NCBI GenBank assembly: GCA_037445065.1
Contig: JBBILD010000013.1
Location: 1-64,000, forward strand
Source of the DNA: Myxococcales bacterium
GTDB lineage: Bacteria; Desulfobacterota; Binatia; HRBIN30
DNA: 64,000 nucleotides
Direction: 5' to 3'
Part shown: piece after piece, positions 1-8,760 of the stretch
Layout: each line of letters starts with the position of its first letter
Numbering within the stretch: position 1 is the first letter of the stretch
Notes under the pieces: generated by a model
The model's database searches: none
What the model saw: the letters and a program-made list of their open reading frames with translations, nothing else
What the model was told of the DNA's origin: nothing
Translations under genes and position numbers: made by a program

Positions 1-24
1 CGAACCATGCAAAACCAAGCCACG

Positions 25-430
25 ATTCCGCATCCGCCATTCGCCGTCCGCGGCCACAAGGGCGGCCGCTACACGTTCTGGCAAGGGCCGTTTTGGGCAA
101 CGCCTGCAGCGTTGCGCGCGGTGGCGGAGCGGGGACGTTCCGGGGCGGTCCGGCAGTGGTACCGGCACGGCCCGTGGCAGAGTGTTGCGAGACCAAACGG
201 CGCAAGATCGAAACAGCGCGCCAGCCCAGCACCACGGGCCGCGCGGGGGTGGCCGTCCCTAAATCTCCTTGCGAGGATGATTCGAGCAACACCTACAGCG
301 TTGCCCGCGGTGGGTGCAGGATTCTTGTCGCGCCGCAGCGTAACGGTGGGACCGCGTCCCCGACCACGATCTGCATCGCCCAGGACCGGGCTGAGGTGGC
401 AATTCACCTGTGCACCGCTCGCTGCTCACC
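25..430. repeat. Degenerate REP/short-repeat mosaic downstream of the cas operon
   Basis: CGGCCACAAGGGCGGCCGCTAC (51-72) resembles the REP units at 50211-50862. CACCGCTCGCTGCTC (413-427) is identical to 50963-50977, and GGGACCGCGTCCCC (348-361) is the reverse complement of 50870-50883. No convincing ORF. Confidence 0.5.
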
Positions 431-504
431 GCACAACGCGTGCCGCGCCCAGGGGAAGCTACCACACCAAACGCGAGACTGTGGGCTGGTATGGGGATGG
501 AGGC

Positions 505-2640
505 TCAGCCACCGGACCCGAGCAGAGCAGCAACGTTACGCACCACCTCCACGTCCGCCTGGCGCAACAGTTCCGCCCTCTCTTCAGCGCTCGTAAACGC
601 GTGTTCGAACGCCGCCCGGACCAGAGACAGTGTCTCCCACAAACTGAGGCCACCGGCCATCCGTGCCGCGCGGACGTATTCGCTCGCCAGGTCGGTGCGG
701 CTGATCCCGGGGTTATCCGTGCAGATCACGACATCGAGCTGGAGCGAGCGAAAGTAACTGCGCAGCGGGTATTCCGGGTAACCCTCCGTGTGCGGCTCCT
801 CTGGGTCGTAAAAGCCGACCACCTCGACGTTGCTGGTTGGGCATAGCTCGATGGCAATGCCGCGGTCGCGGAGGCGCCGTGCCAAGTCCGGGCGCGCGTC
901 GAGCGTCAGGCCATGCCCCACGCGTTCCGCGTGCAGGCGATACACCGCCTGCCAAATGTTTTCTGGCGGTTCTCCCTCGCCAGCGTGAATGGTCACGGGT
1001 AAGCAAGCCGCAAATGCAGGTTCGAGCGCTCGGCAAAGCGCATCGAAGTTCGGAGCACTGGCCTCGTCGCCAGCAACATCGAACCCGACAGCAAAGCCTT
1101 TGAAATCCTGCGCTACTTCTGCCAACCGGCGAATGGTATCCGACGGCTCCGACGCCCCGTGGCCATGCCTGCGGTCGAGGACAAACAACAAGCGCAGGCG
1201 CGGTTGGTGCAAGAGGCCGCTCTCGGCCTTACGCACTGCCTCCGCAAAGAGGCGGACGAACCGCGAGCCTTCGCCCCGCAAGTATTTTTGCGGGCTAGCG
1301 CGCAACTCGCAGTACACCACGCCATCTCGTGCGAGGCGGCGCAGCGTCTGGCGGGCGTACTCCTCGATTGCCGCTTCGCGCTGCAACAACGCGGAGCCAG
1401 AGAGTTCGCCCGGTAACTCGTAAGCGCGGAAGCCACCGCGCTCGCTGGCGTTGCGGAGAGCCAAACGCGGCTCCGTGGGCACGAACAAGCGCGCTTCGAG
1501 TTCTTCCTCGCTCATATGGACCAGGATTGCTGCCGCAGCCTCAGAACGATTGGCGAGACGACGCAGGCGCTGCCACCAGTCCTCTGGCCACGGCAGCTCG
1601 TGCAGCCACGGCACGGCTTGCTTTGCCCGCTCTCGCTCTGCGCGGGTGAGGCTATCCCACAGGGCTCTGGCCACCTCACGCTGCGCTGGCAGGTCCAACA
1701 CGCCGCCCAAGTGGCAGTGGAGTTCCGCCTTGGGCAGCGCCCGCAACCAGTCGCGGTGTTGCGGTCCGAGCGGAGTTTTGCGCAGGGTCTCGATCTGCAG
1801 CAACGGCAAGCGGTACAAACCGTACCAATTCGGTCTGGCCTCCTCCGCGAGCAGACGCTGGATGTGCCCGGCGAACACCTCGGCCTTGCGCTGCTCACGC
1901 TCCAAGAGGCACTCGACCAGCGAGCTCTTGCCCGGCTCCCAGTCCACAACCTGCCAAGTTTTCCCCGACCGTTCGGCACGGCCATCCAGAGGGAAGTCCA
2001 CAGCCGAGATCCGCGGCCACGCTTGCGCACTGGCGTACAAGAGGTCCGAGGGGGCGAACGGGCCGAGGAAGACTGGGAAGAGATGCGCAGCCAGCTCAGC
2101 GGAGAGAGGCCCAGCAAAACGCTCTGGGGTGGGGTTGCGCAGTTCCTCGGGTAGCCGCCCGCCGGCGTCGAGGACATGCACGCAAGCGGCACAGCCGAAC
2201 CAGGTACCGGCCCACTGCATGTCGGCACTCATCGTTTTGCGCCCGCCAGCCAGGCTCAGCACTGTCCGCTCCGGCCCCACTTTCTCGGTCGCATGTGCCA
2301 CCAAGCGGAAGATCAGTTCGCGAATCGTGGCGCACTCCTCCGGCGTTGTCAGATCGCCCGCGGCTACTTTCCAAATGCGTAGGGGCGGGGGATCCGAAAG
2401 CAGAGCCCAGCACTCGGCTAACTTCGTTACCGAGTCCTCCGTGCCGCGGGTGGTGGCGATCCAGACTTCGTTCGGCCTTACCAGGCGGCGGCGCTCCACT
2501 TCAGCGCAAATCTCAGCGCGCTTAGGATGGTGGCCGTATAGGTCGAGAACATCCGGCGCCACCAATGCCAAAACCTCCGGCACCACCGCCCAGGTGGTAC
2601 CAAGCGTGCATACAAGGACACCACCGCTATTCGCTGGCAT
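505..2640 (-). CDS. cad1: CARF-adenosine deaminase fusion, type III CRISPR effector (Cad1/CAAD-like)
   Basis: N-terminal NE0113-like CARF domain (VCTLGTTWAVVPE...SLAGGRKTMS) and C-terminal adenosine-deaminase barrel (ELHCHLGG, YCELR, GFDVAGDE, TIHAGE, RVGHG, IELCPTSN, CTDNPG). Start set at ATG 2640 behind a GGGGAG SD. Last gene of the cmr operon. Confidence 0.88.
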   Translation of the reverse strand: MPANSGGVLVCTLGTTWAVVPEVLALVAPDVLDLYGHHPKRAEICAEVERRRLVRPNEVWIATTRGTEDSVTKLAECWALLSDPPPLRIWKVAAGDLTTPEECATIRELIFRLVAHATEKVGPERTVLSLAGGRKTMSADMQWAGTWFGCAACVHVLDAGGRLPEELRNPTPERFAGPLSAELAAHLFPVFLGPFAPSDLLYASAQAWPRISAVDFPLDGRAERSGKTWQVVDWEPGKSSLVECLLEREQRKAEVFAGHIQRLLAEEARPNWYGLYRLPLLQIETLRKTPLGPQHRDWLRALPKAELHCHLGGVLDLPAQREVARALWDSLTRAERERAKQAVPWLHELPWPEDWWQRLRRLANRSEAAAAILVHMSEEELEARLFVPTEPRLALRNASERGGFRAYELPGELSGSALLQREAAIEEYARQTLRRLARDGVVYCELRASPQKYLRGEGSRFVRLFAEAVRKAESGLLHQPRLRLLFVLDRRHGHGASEPSDTIRRLAEVAQDFKGFAVGFDVAGDEASAPNFDALCRALEPAFAACLPVTIHAGEGEPPENIWQAVYRLHAERVGHGLTLDARPDLARRLRDRGIAIELCPTSNVEVVGFYDPEEPHTEGYPEYPLRSYFRSLQLDVVICTDNPGISRTDLASEYVRAARMAGGLSLWETLSLVRAAFEHAFTSAEERAELLRQADVEVVRNVAALLGSGG

Positions 2641-2881
2641 GTTCTCCCCGATCTCGTGTGCCGTGTCTGCCGCGCGCCGGACGTGAACCCACCGCGCGAG
2701 CCTCCCCTTGCACCTTTCCACTCACTGCGCCCTGCACCTCGGTTATCGCGCTCATCCTTCGCCACGCTGAGCCGGTTCCGGCAGCGGCAAATGCCCCCTT
2801 GCCGTCGGCCCCCTCGCACGAGAAGGAAGAACCTCTCGCTTCGCTGTTCGTTTGCACGCTGGCTCGACCGCCCATTTTCCC

Positions 2882-3769
2882 TCACACGTTGGAAAGCTCG
2901 AATCGCCCAAAGCCAAACGTGGTCGCCTTGCCGATTTGCGCTTTGGCCCCAAAGACCAACCAGGGCCAAAGCTGAGGCAAACCGGCACCTTCGAGTTCCA
3001 CCGTACCCATCAGCCCTGGCCACTCCATCCTGCGCCGCTGAGTGGACGAGAAACGGCGCACCCGCACCATCCGCAAGTCAGCCCGCATCGAAAGCGAGGC
3101 GAGAAGCTCGATCGGAAGCGCGACGTCTCCATTCGGCAAGCCTTGCAAGCGAGCGAGCAAGGCTGCGCGTCGCTGGATGGCTTCGAAGAGCAGTTGCGGC
3201 GAGAGGGACGAGGCCACGCGACCTTCGTTTTTGATCCGGGTTGGGGTGACAAATTCGAGCCGCGCTCGTGTTGAGGGCTGCAATTCCTCGGGTTGCACGC
3301 ACTCCACAGCTTCGAGTTCGAAGGTCACGCGGTCGCGCCGCTTACCGAAGCCAATGCGGCCCGCGCGACGGAGCGCACGCTGCAACGCCGGCCAAACTTC
3401 GCGCACACGGGGCGTCGCCACCAGCCGCAAGCGGAGCGTGTCCCCTGGTTGAAACAAACACGGACTACCGTTCCGCGGCAGAAACGGAGGCTCAGGCGAG
3501 ATGGCAAACGGCCGCGGTGGCTCGGTGGTCACCCCCAACTCGCGCAGCGCAGGGTCGCCGCTGGCTGGCGGGTCGAAGAGCTGCGGATACGCACAGCTCT
3601 GCTCAACCGGACAGCTCCGGCAGGTCTCGCGGGCTTTGGCGACGCAAACGCCATGGTACAAGGCTTGGCCGAGACCACCGTGGATGGCGGTGGTGACCAG
3701 CGGCGGCAAGCGCCCGCTCGAGCGCGCGACGTACACGATCTGCCAGAGTTCCAAGCGTGGGAGTTGCAT
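2882..3769 (-). CDS. cas6: CRISPR pre-crRNA processing endoribonuclease Cas6
   Basis: C-terminal Gly-rich loop GKATTFGFG, FVTPTRIK, and an N-terminal Cys cluster (CVA..CRSCPVEQSCAY). The ATG at 3769 overlaps the cmr1 stop (TGATG). Confidence 0.88.
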   Translation of the reverse strand: MQLPRLELWQIVYVARSSGRLPPLVTTAIHGGLGQALYHGVCVAKARETCRSCPVEQSCAYPQLFDPPASGDPALRELGVTTEPPRPFAISPEPPFLPRNGSPCLFQPGDTLRLRLVATPRVREVWPALQRALRRAGRIGFGKRRDRVTFELEAVECVQPEELQPSTRARLEFVTPTRIKNEGRVASSLSPQLLFEAIQRRAALLARLQGLPNGDVALPIELLASLSMRADLRMVRVRRFSSTQRRRMEWPGLMGTVELEGAGLPQLWPWLVFGAKAQIGKATTFGFGRFELSNV

Positions 3770-4902
3770 CACCTCGCCTGTGCGAATCGTGACAAAAACT
3801 GCGCGAGGAGTCGCTCGCCACCTTGCGCCTCGTATCGCCGGTTTTCGCGCGGACCTCTCAGTTCGATCGCGGTAGTCGGAACAAACGGACCGTCCGCCCG
3901 CCACGCCAGCGCGTGCCACCTGCCTGCGATCTGCACAACGCGGAACTGCAAGCGAGAGGCAGACCGGTTCCAGCCCCTGAGGTTCCACAACCCGGCCCGC
4001 CGGAAACGAATCGGGAGGCCGAAAGCGGCAAGCAGCTCTGGCTTGTGAACACTCCCCTCGGCGCGGAAACTCTGAAACTGCCTACCTGCGAACTTTAGGC
4101 ATTCGAACCAACTGACTTGTCCATCCGCCCGCAGCACCGCGTGGGGCTGATCGTGCACTGGCTGCCCGGAGAGCTGGATCCGGAACGATCCCGGCAGGTG
4201 CTGGTGGTGTAGGCCCTCGGCATCCGCCGCAGGAAACCAGTTGCGGATTCTTTGAAAACCTTGCTCGAAGCGCGTCTTCCACTCCTGGGGCGAGGTGGCT
4301 CCGTGGGCGGGACGCAGCTCCTCGCACTCCGGCCAGCCTTCCCATTTGACCAGGGCGATGGTCCCGAAGCCGCGCCGCGAGCGGGTACCGAGGCCACCGA
4401 GGTGGCCGAACAGCCACAGCGAGGCAGCCCAGGCGCGGCGCGTCACCGTGGCCGGGTCGGTGCCCTGCGGGACCCAAGCGAACGGATCTTCCTGCCTGCA
4501 CCCCTCTTTCTTCGGCGTCCACTGCCAGCTCAGGGTCACCGTGAAGTCCTGACCTTCCGGAACAGCGCGGCGGTCGTTCTGGCCCAGGTAAAGCGTGTAA
4601 CCGAGGTACGCGGCACCGTTCTCTCGTGCCGCGGACGGCGCGAGTTGGTCCCTGTACGATTTTTCATCTCTGATCCAGTGACCTAAGCCGAGCCGGACGG
4701 GGGAAGACGCGCCGTTCCCCGTGGTCGCTCCGAACAAGTCTGCCTCGCGCTCCGCAAAAGACGGGTCCAACGCGCGGTACCACCAACGCAAGGCGCCGCG
4801 CAGACTGAACGGACGGATCTCTGCCGTTTTGGTATCGTTCGGCGCCGCGCCGCCGCAAAACACCGGGGTTACGATGTGCATGGTTGCCTGTAGCTTCTGC
4901 AT
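3769..4902 (-). CDS. cmr1: Type III-B RAMP protein Cmr1
   Basis: TPVFCGGA..EIRPFSLRGALRWWYRA, LFG, GGLGTRSRRGFG and FGLPI motifs. Confidence 0.92.
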   Translation of the reverse strand: MQKLQATMHIVTPVFCGGAAPNDTKTAEIRPFSLRGALRWWYRALDPSFAEREADLFGATTGNGASSPVRLGLGHWIRDEKSYRDQLAPSAARENGAAYLGYTLYLGQNDRRAVPEGQDFTVTLSWQWTPKKEGCRQEDPFAWVPQGTDPATVTRRAWAASLWLFGHLGGLGTRSRRGFGTIALVKWEGWPECEELRPAHGATSPQEWKTRFEQGFQRIRNWFPAADAEGLHHQHLPGSFRIQLSGQPVHDQPHAVLRADGQVSWFECLKFAGRQFQSFRAEGSVHKPELLAAFGLPIRFRRAGLWNLRGWNRSASRLQFRVVQIAGRWHALAWRADGPFVPTTAIELRGPRENRRYEAQGGERLLAQFLSRFAQAR

Positions 4903-4906
4903 GGAA

Positions 4907-6103
4907 TCATTCCTTCTTCTTGAGGAACGAGCCCAGCGAACCGTCTGGCCTCAACTCGACCTCGAATTTCTGCTTTGCATTGCGGAAGTTCGCTAGCTGA
5001 CCCTGGCTCAAGCCGGATCTTTGCAAAGCCTGTTTCAACGAGACCTTGATCGCCTGCCCCGCTCCTTCCTCCGACAGCTCCAACTCGTCCGTTTCCTGGT
5101 TCCAAGACCGAATCGTCGCAACGAACTTTTTAGCCTCGACTACCGGGGCTACCGAAGTTGGTTGCCCGGAGGCAGTTGTTGCCTGGGCTGCCTGCTGGCT
5201 CAAACTTTCCGCTCCGGGATTCGGGGCTGGCGAAGGCTTGCCAAACACCCCGTAACCGGAGGAGGTCTTGGCACGTGACGGTAGCTCTCGCACCCGGTGA
5301 CGTGGCTGTTTGCCAAACACCCCGTAACCGGAGGAGGTCTTGGCACCGAGTCCCCACTCCTGCAGGCCCTTCTCCAAATACTCGAGCGCGCGTTGCAAAT
5401 GTTCCCGCGGTGCGCGGCGGTCGCGCAAAACGAGTGCGATCTCGAACTGGCTACCCGGGGCGATGCGCAGGAACGGCAGCGGAACCGGGTCCTCGCAGTC
5501 ATGGGGGATCGGACTCTCCCCCTGGTAGTATTTTGGGTGGTGCGGGCTCATCACCTCCAGCTCGAGGCAGGCAGCTTTGAGGGGGATGCCATCGAGAAAG
5601 TCCACGGCACCCGCGTGGCCCTTGTCCCCACCCTCGCCGAACAGCTCCAGTACCTCAGGGGCAGGCTCCTCTACCGAGCAGCCCAGCTCCCGGCACATGG
5701 CATGGCGAGCAAGGCCCTTCAGGCCGGATCCCGGCAGGTACGGCAGGCCGTACGTGTGGTGCAAACAGAAGCCCAATTCCAGAGGCGTCGGTGCGGCAAG
5801 CCACAGCACGCAAGGCGTTTTCGCCTCTACGATGAGCGGGTGGGCCAGGTCGCCCAGGCATTTGAGGCCGTCCCTGCGCCGCTCGCTCCAGGCGCGGGCG
5901 AGATCTCGTAACTTCCCCAAGCTGCCTGCGACCCGCTTGTAATGTTCCTGCCGATGCGGAACCAACCGCTCTTGTCCGCCGCCATGCCTGACGTCCCAAA
6001 CGACGAATTTGCTCAGTTCGAGTCCGGGGTGGACGGCAAGTGTGGTCCTCGCTTGTTCCACAATTTGCGCAGTGCTCTGGGGGAGACACTCCAACGGCGG
6101 CAT
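4907..6103 (-). CDS. cmr6: Type III-B RAMP protein Cmr6 with duplicated G-loop and C-terminal extension
   Basis: LHHTYGLPYLPGSGLKGLAR, ELEVMSPHHPKYY, DPVPLPFL and GLGAKTSSGYG motifs; AGGAGG SD upstream. Confidence 0.92.
   Translation of the reverse strand: MPPLECLPQSTAQIVEQARTTLAVHPGLELSKFVVWDVRHGGGQERLVPHRQEHYKRVAGSLGKLRDLARAWSERRRDGLKCLGDLAHPLIVEAKTPCVLWLAAPTPLELGFCLHHTYGLPYLPGSGLKGLARHAMCRELGCSVEEPAPEVLELFGEGGDKGHAGAVDFLDGIPLKAACLELEVMSPHHPKYYQGESPIPHDCEDPVPLPFLRIAPGSQFEIALVLRDRRAPREHLQRALEYLEKGLQEWGLGAKTSSGYGVFGKQPRHRVRELPSRAKTSSGYGVFGKPSPAPNPGAESLSQQAAQATTASGQPTSVAPVVEAKKFVATIRSWNQETDELELSEEGAGQAIKVSLKQALQRSGLSQGQLANFRNAKQKFEVELRPDGSLGSFLKKKE
5238..5346. repeat. Perfect 37-bp direct repeat flanking a 35-bp unique insert inside cmr6
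   Basis: TTGCCAAACACCCCGTAACCGGAGGAGGTCTTGGCAC occurs at 5238-5274 and 5310-5346; the insert is 5275-5309. The net gain of 72 bp keeps the frame. Confidence 0.95.
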
Positions 6104-6291
6104 AGCGTCCTCCTATAGTCTAATCTGCAAAAGCTGGGGCAGTACTCCGAGAAAGGCCCTAGAAATCACACTGTTGGTTGCCAGCAGCAATACGACTCCC
6201 TCGGGTTCCGGCGCGGCCGTGTCCCACCGCTCCATCGCTGGGGAGATTGGCACATGCCCGTTTGACTCTCCTGCGGGGGCCTTGAGCCTAT

Positions 6292-6636
6292 TCAGCCCCC
6301 GGCCAGCTCCACTTCGGCCACGCGCTTGAGCCACTGCGCCACAGCCAAGGCGCGCCGGGTCTTCTCGCGGAAGCGGCTGGCGTCTCCGACTAGCCACTCC
6401 ACCCGCTCTGTAACGTTTTTTCCTCCCAGCACGTAAACTGCCAACTGCTTCGCCAGCTCTGGGCTTTTGTCGGCGTAAAACAGGAGCGTCTGCGCCAGAC
6501 CCGAAGTTTGGATGTGGCTCGGCAGCTTGCGGATGTGGCTCAGCAGCTCCTTTCGATTGTTCGTCGCCTGCTTCAGTGTGCGGATCGTTTGAACCGCCCA
6601 CTCGGCGTCGCGTCGTTCTTTGTGCACGACTGCCAT
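6292..6636 (-). CDS. cmr5: Type III-B small subunit Cmr5 (Cas11)
   Basis: 114-aa helical protein with LPSHIQTSGLAQTLLF and AQWLKR..E motifs, located between cmr4 and cmr6. Confidence 0.9.
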   Translation of the reverse strand: MAVVHKERRDAEWAVQTIRTLKQATNNRKELLSHIRKLPSHIQTSGLAQTLLFYADKSPELAKQLAVYVLGGKNVTERVEWLVGDASRFREKTRRALAVAQWLKRVAEVELAGG

Positions 6637-6655
6637 GGTGTGTTCCCTCCCTCGT

Positions 6656-7603
6656 TCACGATGGCCAAAGCTGCAGCCGGAAGAAGCCGCGGCCGATGGT
6701 CTCCTTGCCTCCGAACTGGGCGAGCGGGTTGTTCGCTATCAAGTCGCGAACCCACGCCCAGCCGCCACCGTTTGGCATCGCCGCTGGCTCGTTCTTGCCC
6801 TTCAAGGCCGCCGCCAAGCGCCGCGTTTCCAACCCCAGTACGCTGTAAAAGAGGGTATCAGCGGGCACGTACTCCTCGGTCCAAAGGGCACCTTCCTGAA
6901 CTGTTTTCTTGTCGGTCAGTCGCACGCGGGTGACGATTTCGGTGCAGTGCAGCGCGAGATCGGCAAAGAGCGCGTCCGGCAGGACGACGAGGTTTTTCGG
7001 TAGCAGTTCCCGCCAGTACTTGAGTGGATCTCCGGGCAAAAACTGCTCGCCCAGCACACGCGCCAAATCTTCCGCGGTACCCTTTTCGACCTCTACTTCG
7101 AGTTCCTCGATCAGCGCTTTCTCGAGCGGAAACTTCGCGCTCACGCGAGCCTTCTCGGCACCCATTCCCTCGACCGCCTTGCTTACCGCCGCAACCAGCC
7201 CCTTGGCTGCCTCCCCGCCCGTTTGCTGGAGGTCGCGTTTGAGCCGCTCGAGGAGGTACGGACAGGTGGTCCACGCAAACGGCGCTCCCACACTACGCAC
7301 GGGAAGGAGCAGAAGGCGGGCATCGCTCACCACCAGAGACCCGGCCTCGAGTGCCTCTCCGCCCGCACCTTGCGGCGGTTCGCTACCGAAGAGGAGCTTC
7401 GTGACACCCTGTTTACCATTGGTTTGCTCGCTCAAGTCGCGCAGCACACCCTTCACGCCCGAACCATGAATGGTTGGGTACCGCGTGTGGCGCTCGCGCT
7501 GCACGGGCAAATCCACTGCGCCCAGCTCAGCTCCGCTGCCCGCATGCACCGGCGTTTCTGCGAGCATGACGAGCAACTTCATCTCGAACACGTTTCCTGC
7601 CAT
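6656..7603 (-). CDS. cmr4: Type III-B backbone RNase Cmr4 (Cas7 group)
   Basis: TPVHAGSG..GAVDLPVQRERHT (catalytic Asp present), GSGVKG, DARLLLLPVRS, LWTEEYVP and QFGGKETIGRG; start ATG 7603 with AGGAGG SD. Confidence 0.95.
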   Translation of the reverse strand: MAGNVFEMKLLVMLAETPVHAGSGAELGAVDLPVQRERHTRYPTIHGSGVKGVLRDLSEQTNGKQGVTKLLFGSEPPQGAGGEALEAGSLVVSDARLLLLPVRSVGAPFAWTTCPYLLERLKRDLQQTGGEAAKGLVAAVSKAVEGMGAEKARVSAKFPLEKALIEELEVEVEKGTAEDLARVLGEQFLPGDPLKYWRELLPKNLVVLPDALFADLALHCTEIVTRVRLTDKKTVQEGALWTEEYVPADTLFYSVLGLETRRLAAALKGKNEPAAMPNGGGWAWVRDLIANNPLAQFGGKETIGRGFFRLQLWPS

Positions 7604-7614
7604 TGCCCTCCTCC

Positions 7615-8760
7615 TTACGAGTTTACGGCTCCTACCAGACACACACCGAACCCAGCCGCTTTTTCAGCTGAATCGGAAGCCACGCTCCGCATGTGAAACC
7701 GCTCCAAGTCGTTGCCACCCACATACGCCACGGTGCCGGCCGGGTAGTACGTGCGCAGCGGGCGAGGTCCCACCTGTTTCTGCCCATCGTGGGTGAGTTG
7801 CCAGCCACCGATGCGCACCGCACGCCCCGCAGCAACAGCGTGCACCTGCAAGCCTGCATTTGTTAGCGCCTCGATATCCTCCGGCCGCACCGGTGAAAGA
7901 AACAAGAGGCGAGCCTGCGAACCCAGGCTCTTCGGGGCGGCGGGGATTAAATCTTCTCGATCACAGGAGCGGATGCTCACCAAGTGCCCATCCGCCCCGA
8001 GGCGCATACAGTCGGCGTCGAGCTTCTCCCACGGCAAGCCGTTCGGCTCGATCACCGGAACGAGAATGGTTCGCCCCAGGCCGAGCGCCGTCATCTGGCG
8101 CACGTAAAACCGGCCTTCGCGGACGGTGTGCCGCTCCGGCTCCAACTGAATGCCGATACGCAACTCGAACCCGTAGTCGTTGCCAGCGGCACCGCTTTTC
8201 TCCTCGCGGACCTCGATTTCGTCTTTTCCCTCCAGCCATTCCTGTAAGAGTTTTCCGCTGAAGGAGCGCACACAAACGCTCTTCGTCGGATGCGCTTCCG
8301 TCAGCGGGGGGCAGAGAAGTGCTCGGCTCGCCACCAACGAGCACGCGCTGCCCTGCGGTAGCCGCTCACGGTCCAGCAAGCGCAAGCGGCGCAGGACGAG
8401 GCGCTTGCGTGTGCCGCCGCTCTCAGTTTCCTCGTAGCTCAGCACGTCGGCGGGCACCGGCCAGCGAAGTTCGCTGCCGCCGGCCCTCAAGAGCGCCGGC
8501 CCGATGGCAAATTTGGCGGGGCCGTCCGGCTCCCCCACGGCAGCGCGCACGGCACGCACTTGTGGATCGCCACATTGCTTCTGTGCGTAGTCCATCACCG
8601 CCACACCCTGGGCTTCCACCAAGGCGCCGCGCAGGGCGCCGAGCAACGTCCACGGCGGTGGAGGCCACACGCTCTGTGCATGCACCACGCCCGCAACATC
8701 GAACGGGCGTGCATCGCGCACGGTGAACACGTCCACAGGCGTCAGCTCCAAAAACTTCAT
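7615..8760 (-). CDS. cmr3: Type III-B Cmr3 (Cas5 group)
   Basis: PVDVFTVRDARPF..PPPPWTLLGALR, RIGI, LGADG, IGGW, PAGTV and GFG; ATG overlaps the cas10 stop (ATGA). Confidence 0.92.
   Translation of the reverse strand: MKFLELTPVDVFTVRDARPFDVAGVVHAQSVWPPPPWTLLGALRGALVEAQGVAVMDYAQKQCGDPQVRAVRAAVGEPDGPAKFAIGPALLRAGGSELRWPVPADVLSYEETESGGTRKRLVLRRLRLLDRERLPQGSACSLVASRALLCPPLTEAHPTKSVCVRSFSGKLLQEWLEGKDEIEVREEKSGAAGNDYGFELRIGIQLEPERHTVREGRFYVRQMTALGLGRTILVPVIEPNGLPWEKLDADCMRLGADGHLVSIRSCDREDLIPAAPKSLGSQARLLFLSPVRPEDIEALTNAGLQVHAVAAGRAVRIGGWQLTHDGQKQVGPRPLRTYYPAGTVAYVGGNDLERFHMRSVASDSAEKAAGFGVCLVGAVNS

Noticed and set aside
7..846. ORFs at the left edge (7..846 +, 69..407 -, 93..596 +) as possible cas2 or other cas genes
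   Set aside because: They are Arg/Ala/Pro-rich shadow translations without Cas motifs, and the region is REP-like or antisense to the deaminase gene.
2641..2881. Short ORFs or N-terminal extension between cas6 and the CARF-deaminase
   Set aside because: No recognisable domain; the SD supports a start at 2640.
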